This document shows positions 55,315-64,000 of a stretch of 64,000 bases of DNA, piece after piece (within the stretch, counting starts at the first letter, position 1; each line of letters starts with the position of its first letter). Below the pieces are notes generated by a model that did not search any database, had not been told where the DNA came from, and worked only from the letters and a program-made list of their open reading frames with translations. The stretch spans positions 3,200,001 to 3,264,000 of the forward strand of contig OZ241867.1 in NCBI GenBank assembly GCA_965203175.1. Reading direction: 5' to 3'. Both the position numbers and the translations under genes were made by a program. The stretch is from Candidatus Latescibacterota bacterium (lineage in GTDB: Bacteria; Latescibacterota; UBA2968; UBA8231).

Positions 55315-58300
55315 TCAATAGACGTAGCGCAAGCCGACCTGCACTTGGCGCGGATCGCCCAAGCCCGATTGCACGGTGCCGTCGAAATTGAACAGGAGGC
55401 CGACGCTGGAGGGATCGCGGAAATTGTCCGTGTTGAGCAGGTTGAAGACCTCGACGATGGCCTCTAGTTGACCGCGGCCCACTAATATGGGCCGCGATAG
55501 GCGCACGTCATAGGAGAAAAAGTCGTTGTCCTTGCGCAGCGTGTTGCGCGTCGTGATGCTACCATCGTCGCAGATCCGGTCGGAGGCCGCGCCCCACGGG
55601 TTGGTCGAGCGGCCGCCCGCGCAGGAGGCGGAGACCGGCTGCGCCGAATAGTAGCTCAGGCGCTGGTTGAACAAGATTCCGCCGGGCAATGCGGCCAAGG
55701 CCCACGCATTGAAGCGGTGGCGCTGGTCGCGGTCCGAATAGCCCCATTCGCGCTCCAGTTGGGTCGCATTGACGTAGCGGAAGGTAAAGGGATCGCGCTC
55801 GTTGTCGTCGTCGGATTTGTCCCACGACAATGTGTAGTTGAGTTGGAATTGCAAGTCGTTGTGCACCATCTGCCGCAAGCCGAAGCTGAGGCCGTGGTAG
55901 CGCGATTTGGCCGTGCTTTCGACCACGGTTAAATCGCCGATGCCATTGCTGCCATCGGCCCCCAGCCCCGTTGCCCACGGAGAGCCGAAGATGGCGTCGT
56001 TGCGGTTGACAAAGCGCGTCAGCTTGTCGGTGCGGGCGTAGGTGTACCCGAAGGAGCCGACCAAGCCCGACGCATGTAATTCGCGTTCAATGCCGACGTT
56101 TGTGCTGATGGTGCGCGGGTTTTCGAAATTCTGGTCGAAGACAAAGATGTTGGGCCGGAAGGGATCGCCTTGGGGCGCGGGCAACAGTTCGCCGTAGGTC
56201 GGCGGCGGTCCCAAAATGGGCGTCAGGGCGCTGGAGCGGAAAATGGATTGCCCACGCGAGCCGTTGGTCGAACGCGTACTGGCCAAGTTCAGACCCGGGA
56301 TGCGGGCGTAGAACACGCCGGCGCTGCCGCGCAGCAAGGTTTTGTTGTCGCCGTGCACATCGTAGGCCACCCCTAGGCGCGGCTGGAACATGTCCCAGTC
56401 CGAGGGAATGGTGCCGTTGGAGGGGAATTCGTAGGTGCCCGTCTCGTTGGTCACTGTTTTACCAATGAAATCGGCGAAGAATACTTCGTCTGGATCGGTG
56501 ATCACGTCGGGCTGAATTTGCGCCTCCCAGCGCAGGCCGTAGTTGAGCGTCAGCTTGTTCGAGGGCTGCCAACTGTCCTGCACAAATAGGGCCAATTCGT
56601 GCTGCGGGATACCCTGAGTGCCCGCTTCTTCCACGGTTAGGCCGCCGACGCCGGACTGCTGCAAATAGAGCAGAACCGGTCCGGTAATATCCGTCCCGTC
56701 GGGGCAAGCTCCAGTGGTGCTGGTGCTGCCGTCGGCGCACTCGACGTAGCCGTTGCCTTGCTCGACGAAGTTGAGAAAGCCATCTAGCGAGCTGAAGATG
56801 TAGCGGCCATTGGCAAAACCAATGAAGGTCTGCACGGATTCGACGCGGTTCCACTCGACTCCGGCTTTGATTAAGTGATCGCCCTTGGCCACGGAGATGT
56901 TGTCGAGCGCCTGGATGCGGGTGTCGTAGTACTCAATCGGAATGAAGAACGGCATGCCAAAGCGATAGCCGTGGACAAAATCCATGCCCGTATCCGGGAA
57001 GGGCCGGCCGGTGTTGGGGTTGTCCGGGCCAATGTACGGACGCGGGCGATCTTCGCGGGAAACCTGGAAGCGAAACTCGTTGGTGGCGGTCGGGGACAGC
57101 AGCGATAGCAGGCTGCCGTTGAAGGCGTGGAACCAGTCCCGTTCTACGGCATTGGCGCTGCGCGCCCACGAGTCCACGTCAAAGGTGCCGTTTTCCTGTT
57201 CGGACCAAGTGTAATTGTATTTGAAGGTGGCGTAGTGCGCATCCGACAGGCGGGCGTCGATTTTGGCGAGGAAGGCGCGGGCGTCGTTGGTGCGGTCAAT
57301 CGGCCCGTAGTCGCCAGCCAATGCTCCGTTGAATTGCTCGTCCATAAACGCGCGCAGGCGGGTATCGATGCGCGCGCTATCGCTCTGCTTGGTGTCTCTA
57401 AATACCTGTTGGTCGTAGGCGGTAAAGAAAAAGGCCCGGTCCTTTATCAGCGGCCCACCCATAGTGAAGCCGAACTGCCCTTGGCTAAAATCCGGAGCGC
57501 GCTCTATGCCTTCGTGCCGCGCCGTGCCCGACAGGGCGTCGTTTTTGCCGAAAAAATGCACTGAGCCGTGCAACTGATTGGTGCCCGATTTGGTGATGAC
57601 GTTGACAAAACCGCCGCTGGAGCGGCCGAATTCCGCGTTGGCCCCCTGCGGCACCACCACCATTTCCTCGACCGCGTCCAAGTTAAAGGTGAAGGCCGGG
57701 CGCTGTCCGCCGCGCTGCTCGCCAAAGAAGGGATTGTTAAAATCAGCGCCATCCACCGAGATGTTGTTGTGAATGCCGCGCTGCCCGCCAATGCTCAGTT
57801 CGTCGCCGTCGGGGCCTTGGACGATGGCTACGCCCGGCGTCAACAGCGTTAAGTTGAGGAAGTTGCGCCCGTTGTTGGGCAGGTCCTGCACTGCCTCTTC
57901 GGGCAGGCGCGTAGCCGGTTCGCTCTGCGTTATATCCACTGTGGACAAGGCCGCCTCGACGACCATTTCCTCCATCTGCGGCAGCATTTTGACGATCAAC
58001 TCCACGGTCTCGCCGACTCGCACTTTCACCCCGGTCTGCCGCACTTCGGCTTGTCCGGCCGCCTGTACTGTCACGTCGTAGGAGCCGAGGGGCAGCAAGG
58101 TCGCGGTAAACAGCCCTAAATCGGACGAGGTGAGGGTGCGTTCGTAGTTGGTGCGGGTTTCCTTGAGCTCGATGATGGCATTGGCGATGGGGTTGCCAAA
58201 CTGATCCCAGACAGAGCCACGAATAACGCCGGTGGTTGCTTGGGACTGTGCCCAAGCTCCGTTGGGCAGGACGACCCAGAGTAGGATGGTCAGAAAAGGC

Positions 58301-58326
58301 AGAAAGCGAAGTCGATGCGTCGGCAT
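55315..58326 (-). CDS. TonB-dependent receptor, Oar-like
   Basis: Carboxypeptidase-regulatory-like N-terminus; 'LPNNGRNF', 'AEFGRSSGG.VN.ITKSGTN..HGS', 'PRLGVAYD', 'PRQVQVGLRY'. Confidence 0.92.
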   Translation of the reverse strand: MPTHRLRFLPFLTILLWVVLPNGAWAQSQATTGVIRGSVWDQFGNPIANAIIELKETRTNYERTLTSSDLGLFTATLLPLGSYDVTVQAAGQAEVRQTGVKVRVGETVELIVKMLPQMEEMVVEAALSTVDITQSEPATRLPEEAVQDLPNNGRNFLNLTLLTPGVAIVQGPDGDELSIGGQRGIHNNISVDGADFNNPFFGEQRGGQRPAFTFNLDAVEEMVVVPQGANAEFGRSSGGFVNVITKSGTNQLHGSVHFFGKNDALSGTARHEGIERAPDFSQGQFGFTMGGPLIKDRAFFFTAYDQQVFRDTKQSDSARIDTRLRAFMDEQFNGALAGDYGPIDRTNDARAFLAKIDARLSDAHYATFKYNYTWSEQENGTFDVDSWARSANAVERDWFHAFNGSLLSLLSPTATNEFRFQVSREDRPRPYIGPDNPNTGRPFPDTGMDFVHGYRFGMPFFIPIEYYDTRIQALDNISVAKGDHLIKAGVEWNRVESVQTFIGFANGRYIFSSLDGFLNFVEQGNGYVECADGSTSTTGACPDGTDITGPVLLYLQQSGVGGLTVEEAGTQGIPQHELALFVQDSWQPSNKLTLNYGLRWEAQIQPDVITDPDEVFFADFIGKTVTNETGTYEFPSNGTIPSDWDMFQPRLGVAYDVHGDNKTLLRGSAGVFYARIPGLNLASTRSTNGSRGQSIFRSSALTPILGPPPTYGELLPAPQGDPFRPNIFVFDQNFENPRTISTNVGIERELHASGLVGSFGYTYARTDKLTRFVNRNDAIFGSPWATGLGADGSNGIGDLTVVESTAKSRYHGLSFGLRQMVHNDLQFQLNYTLSWDKSDDDNERDPFTFRYVNATQLEREWGYSDRDQRHRFNAWALAALPGGILFNQRLSYYSAQPVSASCAGGRSTNPWGAASDRICDDGSITTRNTLRKDNDFFSYDVRLSRPILVGRGQLEAIVEVFNLLNTDNFRDPSSVGLLFNFDGTVQSGLGDPRQVQVGLRYVY

Positions 58327-58497
58327 AAGCTAGCTCATTGTGAAGGGGGAGGGCGCAGGGAGCGTGGCTTCTTAGGACCACTTTTGCCTAGATTTATGGA
58401 TGGACTATTTTTACAACATCAGCCAAAATTTAAGCTCGGTCAACTCTCCACCCGGCGACTTCTTGCCACCCGACAAAGCCAAAAAACACAGCCCGCC

Positions 58498-59211
58498 ATG
58501 CCCGCCCTGATTGCCTTTGACGCAGACGATACCTTGTGGGAAAACGAGATCTACTTTGAAACGGCCAAAGACCGCTTTATAGATCTGTTGGCCTCCGACC
58601 GCGATCCGGAGTGGACTGAGCGGGAGCTATACGAGGCCGAAATGCGCAATCTAGCCCACTATGGCTACGGCATAAAAAGCTTCACCTTGTCCATGATAGA
58701 GACGGCCCTCGATCTGACAAAGGGAGAGGCAACGGGGCAGCAAATCCGCCAGATTTTGGACTATGGCAAAGAGATGCTGCAAACGCCCATCGAACCGCTG
58801 CCTTACGTCGAGGAGGTGCTAACCCACCTGTCCCAAACACATCCTCTGATGCTGTTGACCAAGGGCGATTTATTTGACCAAGAGGCCAAGATCGCTCGCT
58901 CTGGCTTGGCCGGTCACTTTACGTATATCGAAATCGTTAGCGAAAAAAACGAGGAAATCTACGCGGCCCTGTTGCAGCGCCACGACATCCAGCCAGCCGA
59001 CTTTTGCATGGTGGGCAATTCGCTCAAGTCGGATATTCTGCCCGTCGTCGCCTTGGGCGGACACGCCGTCTATGTGCCGTACTACACCACTTGGCTCCAC
59101 GAACGCGTCGAGCCTTCGGAGGCCGAGCGCCAGCAATACCACCAAATAGCCCACCTAGGTGAACTGCCCCGCCTGCTCGCCGAGCAGTTTGCTTGTACTG
59201 TCCAAAACTAA
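58498..59211 (+). CDS. HAD-superfamily hydrolase
   Basis: Start refined to ATG 58498; motif I 'FDADDTLW', 'TKGD', 'MVGNSLKSDI'. Confidence 0.9.
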   Translation: MPALIAFDADDTLWENEIYFETAKDRFIDLLASDRDPEWTERELYEAEMRNLAHYGYGIKSFTLSMIETALDLTKGEATGQQIRQILDYGKEMLQTPIEPLPYVEEVLTHLSQTHPLMLLTKGDLFDQEAKIARSGLAGHFTYIEIVSEKNEEIYAALLQRHDIQPADFCMVGNSLKSDILPVVALGGHAVYVPYYTTWLHERVEPSEAERQQYHQIAHLGELPRLLAEQFACTVQN

Positions 59212-59252
59212 AACTGTGACTTTGTCCGGCCTTCCTTCAAAGCGGATCTGCA

Positions 59253-61298
59253 ATGCCGGCGACCGATCCTACCACACCTGAGTCGGGCAGGGTTGGCCGT
59301 CTGCTGCCGGCTGCCTTTCGCTCGCGGCTGGATCTGGAGCCACCCGACCCAGAACCTGCCGTAGAAGAGGCCGGCTCGGCCTTTACGCTTAGGGCTTTTG
59401 CCCTAGGCACTTTTTTGGCCGCTTTTATCGGCGGCGGCGTGGCCTATAGCACCTTGTACTTGCAAGGCTCCTTCATGGCCTTGGGTTTTAGTACGGTCGG
59501 CGCGGTTTGCCTGCTGGCCCTGCTGACGGGGCTGATCAATCCCCTGCTCAAGTTGTGCGGGACGCAGGGTTTGCGCCGGGGCGAATTGCTGCTGGTCTAT
59601 GTTATGATGGTGATGGCCTCGCCCATCCCCATTGTTTTTACCTCGAAGATCATCAGCCAGCTCGCCGCTCCCTTTTACTTTGCCACGCCCGAAAACGATT
59701 GGCAGAGTCTCATCCACCCCCACATCCCGCACTGGATGATGCCGCGCCAACTCGGCGACGCCCAGTTTTTCTTTGAGGGGATGGGTGCCGACTACGCGGT
59801 GCCGTGGGAAGCTTGGTTGTTGGCGTTGGCGGCTTGGCAGCCCTTTATCTGGTCTCTCTTCTTGGTGATGATCGCCATCATGGTCGTTTTGCGGCGGCAG
59901 TGGATCGACAACGAGCGCCTCGTCTATCCGCTGGTGCAAGTGCCGCTGGCCATGACTGCGATGGGAGAGGCTAAAGAGCGCTGGCCGCCCTTTTTTAAAA
60001 ATCGGGGAATGTGGATCGGTTTTGCGCTCGCTGCCACTTGGAGTACGCTGCACGGCTTGTACGCCTATTTCCCGGAAGGCGTGCAATTCGCTAGCAGCGT
60101 CGATTTGTTCCACCAACAACTGTCAATCATGCGCGGCACATCTACGCTGTATGTCATCTTCCGTTTCAACATCTTCGGTTTTTTTTACTTCCTCAAGACT
60201 GAAGTCGCGCTCAGCCTGTGGGTTTTCAATCTGTTGGCCAACCTCTTGCGCGGCACTTTCGCCATCCTCGGCATTGGCAATACGCCCAGCTTGGGCGGTG
60301 GCCACGGCATCCCACACACGCTGCAGGTCTATCACGCTATGGGCGCGATGGTGGTCCTCTCCCTCGGTGGCTTGTGGGCCGCTCGCCGCCATCTGGCCGC
60401 AGTCTGGCGCAAGGCTTGGTCCGGCGACCCGGCCATTGACGACGCCGATGAAATACTGTCTTACCGAGCGGCGGTGGCCATCCTCATCGTCGGCACGGCG
60501 ATCATGATCGGCTGGCTGTGGCTGGCTGGATTGCCGCTGTGGGCCGGCGCGGCGTTGCTGTTTCTGGCCGGTGCCCTTTTTGTCGCTTTCACCCGGGTGG
60601 TCGCCGAGGGCGGTCTGTCGGACGGCGCTCCGCCCGTGGTGCCGGCCGGCATCCTCATCTCCGCGGTAGGGTCGTCGGCTTTGGGGGCGCCGGGCTTGGT
60701 CTTGCTGGCCAGTACCTACATCTGGACGGCCAATGTCCGCAGCTTCGTCATGGCCTCCTGCGCCAACAGTCTGAAACTGGGCCAGGAACTAGGCCGAGGG
60801 CGTCGGCCTTTGTTCTGGGCTATGGTCGTGGCCATAGCTGTGGCGCTAGCGGCTTCGATCTGGATGATTTTGGAGCTGAGCTACGAGCACGGCAACCTCA
60901 ATTTGCGGGCTATGGTCAGCCGCGAAGCGCCCTACCGCTATGTCGAGGGCCTGCTGCGCTATCCGAGTGAGGTGCATCTGTGGGGCTGGATCAATATGGG
61001 CTTGGGCGCGGCCATTATGTTGGGCTTGACCGTGGCCCGGTGGCACTACGCCTGGTGGCCCCTGCACCCTTTGGGCTATCCCATTGGGCCGACGTGGATT
61101 ATGGACCATCTGTGGTTCAATATGTTCTTGGCTTGGTTCGTCAAAGTCCTAGTGCTCAAGTACGGCGGTGCCGATCTCTACCACCGGACTAGGCCGTTTT
61201 TTATGGGCCTGATCTTGGGGCAACTGCTGCCGGGCGGCATCTTCCTCGTCATCGACCATTTTACCGGCACGGTCGGCAATGTGATTTTCTGGGGTTAG
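59253..61298 (+). CDS. Polytopic membrane protein, DUF6785/DUF6784-type (putative transporter)
   Basis: Many TM helices; 'ELLLVYVM', 'RRQWIDNERLVYPL', 'RVVAEGG', 'WWPLHPLGY', 'KYGG..LY..RPFFMGL'. Confidence 0.7.
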   Translation: MPATDPTTPESGRVGRLLPAAFRSRLDLEPPDPEPAVEEAGSAFTLRAFALGTFLAAFIGGGVAYSTLYLQGSFMALGFSTVGAVCLLALLTGLINPLLKLCGTQGLRRGELLLVYVMMVMASPIPIVFTSKIISQLAAPFYFATPENDWQSLIHPHIPHWMMPRQLGDAQFFFEGMGADYAVPWEAWLLALAAWQPFIWSLFLVMIAIMVVLRRQWIDNERLVYPLVQVPLAMTAMGEAKERWPPFFKNRGMWIGFALAATWSTLHGLYAYFPEGVQFASSVDLFHQQLSIMRGTSTLYVIFRFNIFGFFYFLKTEVALSLWVFNLLANLLRGTFAILGIGNTPSLGGGHGIPHTLQVYHAMGAMVVLSLGGLWAARRHLAAVWRKAWSGDPAIDDADEILSYRAAVAILIVGTAIMIGWLWLAGLPLWAGAALLFLAGALFVAFTRVVAEGGLSDGAPPVVPAGILISAVGSSALGAPGLVLLASTYIWTANVRSFVMASCANSLKLGQELGRGRRPLFWAMVVAIAVALAASIWMILELSYEHGNLNLRAMVSREAPYRYVEGLLRYPSEVHLWGWINMGLGAAIMLGLTVARWHYAWWPLHPLGYPIGPTWIMDHLWFNMFLAWFVKVLVLKYGGADLYHRTRPFFMGLILGQLLPGGIFLVIDHFTGTVGNVIFWG

Positions 61299-61316
61299 CT
61301 ACTGCCGACCGAGGCT

Positions 61317-61422
61317 TGTCATGCTGAGGAAGCCGATAGGCTGACGAAGAATCTCCTACCTACAGGGTCTCGCCCGTAGGTAGGAGATTCTTCGACTCCG
61401 CTGCGCTCCGCTCAGAATGACA
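61317..61422. repeat. 106-bp palindromic REP-like element
   Basis: Outer IR tgtcatgctgag/ctcagaatgaca; inner perfect 19-bp IR cgaagaatctcctacctac/gtaggtaggagattcttcg. Confidence 0.85.
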
Positions 61423-61445
61423 GAGCAATTAGATGTCTAACTGGT

Positions 61446-64000
61446 ATGAATAACTTAGGGCGATATCTAGCGATCTGGTTGGGGCTGCTGCAAACGCCTT
61501 GCTACGGCGAGGTGGCTGCTTTGCGCGCCACCATCGAAGCCTTAAGCGCTGTCGAATCGCGCTTGGCTGGCTATCCCGGTGCTGAAGCGGGTGCCGCGTT
61601 GGTGGAACGCGAATTGGTCGCGGCTGGCGTCGAAGCGGTGCGGCGCGACTCGTTTGCCGTGGTGGTGCCCGTAGATCGCGGTGCTCACCTGCGCTTGGAG
61701 CAGAGTGGGGAAGAGGTGCCGCTGTGGGGCTTGTGGCCGAATCTGGCGCGGACGGTCACGCTGCCGCCAGAGGGCCTGCGAGCGCCGATGATCTACGGCG
61801 GCCGGGGTGAGTGGCGCGACTTCGACGGCCACGCCATGGACGGGCGCATTGTCCTGCTGGAATTCGATAGTTGGAACCACTGGCTGCGCGCCGCGTCGCT
61901 GGGTGCCCGGGCCGTGGTATTTATCGCGCCCGAGCAGACCAACCGCCACCAAGCCGCGGCCAAATACGCCCACGTGCCGCTCGACATCCCCCGCTTCTGG
62001 ATCGAGCGAGAAGCGGGCCTCGTGTTGCGCCAGCGCCTGCAGGTTGGAGAGCTGTTGGTACACTTGCAGGGCCGCATGGACTGGCAACAGCGACCGGCGT
62101 GGAATATCTGGGGCGTAATCCCTGGTGCCGATCCCGAGTTGGCCGCCGAGCGCGTCGCCATCGAGGCGTACTACGACGGGATTTCCGTGGTGCCGGGCCG
62201 GGCACCTAGCGCTGAGACTGCCTGCGGCATTGCCGCTTTATTGGAATTGGCCCGCCATCTAGTAGTCCATCCACCAGCGCGTACCATCATTCTAGTGGCG
62301 ACCTCGGCTCACTTTCAAGGTCGCCAGGGCATGGCCGAATTTCTCGCTCGCCACGCCCGGCCTTTGGAGGAACCGCTCCACATAGACCTGTTCATCGGTC
62401 TGGACCTATCGAGTCGCACCGATCAAGTCGGCATCTGGAACAATACTGCTAGGCCCGAATTGCGGCGCTTTTTCGCCCCATTCGGTCGCCGCTTCAGCGG
62501 CTACGCCAGCACCCTAGACTCGGCGGTAGTCGGCAGTCTGGTCAACGGCATCACCCCCATCAAGGGCTTGGACTGGTCGGCGTACATGCCCGGCAGCATC
62601 GCTGCCAACAGCCGGCTCGCTCTCGAAGGCGGCTTGATCTCCTTGGGCCTGATTACCGTGAACGACGCCCGCCTGCAGATTGATTCGCCGCTGGACCAGC
62701 CAGACGCGGTCAACTACGACAATCTGGCGCGCCAAGTCGCCTTGATAAACGGCGTGCTGCAACAGGCCCTAAACGATCCGCAACTGTTGGAGGAGAAAGC
62801 GGCCTTTGGGCCGGTATTGCAGGATCGCTTGCGCGACTTGCGCCTCAAGGTGCGGACCTTTCCGCGCCGCTCGCAAACGCCGGACCGGCCAGTGGCCGAC
62901 GCGGTGGCCGTAGTGCGACGGCAATGGGCGACTGCTGGCAAAGCCGTCAAAGGGGTGCGCACGGCCCAAGTCCATCTCAGCGACGACGAGGGGGAGTTGC
63001 TCATAACGGGGCTGCCGCAGGCCCAATACCGCACCAACGTGTACGTCTTGGACCCGCAAGACGGAACCATTACCTATGCCGCTGATCTGAGCAAAAGGGC
63101 GGAAGGATTCCACGGGAAACCGCTGCCCGACGGCTCCATTCCCATCACCGTCCAGTGGGCACTCACCGAGAAATCGGTGGTGGTTTTCCCCTGCCTGAGC
63201 CGCCCTTTTTACGGCCTCATTAATCCGCGCTCGCTCAATTTCTTAAGCGGCATCACTGTGGTCAATCGATACGACACTGCCCCGCGCCAATATGGCTACG
63301 CGCTGGGTAGCGGCCTCGACGAAGCGGCTGGGATGGTATTCGGGCCGCAGGCCGCCGATCCGCAAAACCGCATCAAAATACTGGCGGGCCGGCAACTGTT
63401 GTTACTCAACAACGGTATCCCCGACAGCCGACCCAGTGGCGAGGGTTTTGATCTGGCTGAAGAGCGACTAGTGCCGACGCTGTTGCAGGCCGCTTGGGAT
63501 ATGTGGCGCCTCGACGAGGATCGGCTGCAGACCATGCGCGACCACGCCATTGAAAACCACTACCTGCAGCGCCTGCACCAGCGCACTGCCCAAGTCCTCG
63601 AAGCCGCCCAAGAGGCCGCCCAGCGCAAAGAGTGGAGCCGCTACGTGGCCCATCTGCGGGTGGCGCTGGGATTGGAAAACCAGGTCTATCCCGAGGCCAT
63701 GGCGACTTTAAACGACGTCATAAAGGGCATGGTATTCTTTTTGGCGCTGCTCATTCCCGCGGCCTTTTTGGGCGAGCGCCTGCTGTTGGGGGCAACGCAT
63801 ATTACGCGACAGTTAGCTGGTTTTGGCGCGTTATTGGCCGTAGTCTGGCTCGCGATTTCTCAGGTGCATCCCGCCTTTGCCATTGCCCATCCGCTGGTCA
63901 TCCTGCTGGCCTTTGCCATCATGGCTATGGCCAGTCTCGTCCTCGTCCTCATCAGCAGTCGCTTCAACAGTTTTATGAAGGAACGCGGCGACCGGATCCA
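61446..64000 (+). CDS. Large M28-peptidase-like / PA-domain membrane protein, probably an FtsX-like permease fusion (3'-truncated; absent from the ORF track)
   Basis: ATG 61446 gives MNNLGRYLAIWLGLL; 'SRLAGYPG', 'LWPN', 'NIWGVIPG..EAYYDG..PSAE..GIAALLELAR..ATSAHFQG', 'GLDLSS'; same frame gives TM helices 'GMVFFLALLIPAAFLGERLL' near 63730; runs off the window. Middle part not translated codon by codon. Confidence 0.8.
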   Translation, partial: MNNLGRYLAIWLGLLQTPCYGEVAALRATIEALSAVESRLAGYPGAEAGAALVERELVAAGVEAVRRDSFAVVVPVDRGAHLRLEQSGEEVPLWGLWPNLARTVTLPPEGLRAPMIYGGRGEWRDFDGHAMDGRIVLLEFDSWNHWLRAASLGARAVVFIAPEQTNRHQAAAKYAHVPLDIPRFWIEREAGLVLRQRLQVGELLVHLQGRMDWQQRPAWNIWGVIPGADPELAAERVAIEAYYDGISVVPGRAPSAETACGIAALLELARHLVVHPPARTIILVATSAHFQGRQGMAEFLARHARPLEEPLHIDLFIGLDLSSRTDQVGIWNNTARPELRRFFAPFGRRFSGYASTLDSAVVGSLVNGITPIKGLDWSAYMPGSIAANSRLALEGGLISLGLITVNDARLQIDSPLDQPDAVNYDNLARQVALINGVLQQALNDPQLLEEKAAFGPVLQDRLRDLRLKVRTFPRRSQTPDRPVADAVAVVRRQWATAGKAVKGVRTAQVHLSDDEGELLITGLPQAQYRTNVYVLDPQDGTITYAADLSKRAEGFHGKPLPDGSIPITVQWALTEKSVVVFPCLSRPFYGLINPRSLNFLSGITVVNRYDTAPRQYGYALGSGLDEAAGMVFGPQAADPQNRIKILAGRQLLLLNNGIPDSRPSGEGFDLAEERLVPTLLQAAWDMWRLDEDRLQTMRDHAIENHYLQRLHQRTAQVLEAAQEAAQRKEWSRYVAHLRVALGLENQVYPEAMATLNDVIKGMVFFLALLIPAAFLGERLLLGATHITRQLAGFGALLAVVWLAISQVHPAFAIAHPLVILLAFAIMAMASLVLVLISSRFNSFMKERGDRI

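Noticed and set aside
1-64000. Hundreds of overlapping or antisense ORFs in the six-frame track (e.g. 6053-7072, 30245-31228, 39240-40319)
   Set aside because: They are shadow frames of well-supported genes in GC-rich DNA: Arg/Pro/Ala-rich and without motifs
1-64000. CRISPR array, cas genes, prophage, transposase or integrase
   Set aside because: No regularly spaced repeat-spacer array and no recognisable Cas, phage or DDE/tyrosine recombinase motifs seen

Overview
GC-rich bacterial chromosome segment with about 40 protein-coding genes, one tRNA-Gly(GCC), no CRISPR array, and no intact transposase or integrase. The gene repertoire suggests a diderm marine or sponge-associated bacterium such as Ca. 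Latescibacterota (inference): TonB receptors, a Minf_1886-type protein, a DUF6785-type membrane protein next to an M28/FtsX-type fusion, and a secreted protein ending in a 'TWGxLK' motif. The centrepiece (34.5-47.2 kb, minus strand) is an swf-type lipid cluster. It has a monomodular KS-AT-DH-ER-KR-ACP PKS/FAS, a B12-binding radical SAM enzyme and a thioester-reductase/sulfotransferase fusion. Two tandem STAS anti-anti-sigma genes, an orphan 94-aa gene and a MITE-like inverted repeat lie upstream of it. Other notable items: a Spondin-Cache-Spondin lipoprotein with an internal DNA duplication; an apparent ~7.3 kb inversion separating dppAB from dppC; an orphan DprE1/DprE2-like pair; msrP without msrQ; a palindromic REP-like repeat in 1.5 copies; a CreD-like gene remnant; and a large M28-peptidase-like/permease ORF at the right edge that is missing from the ORF track. 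All family calls come from motif recognition by eye, with no database searches.
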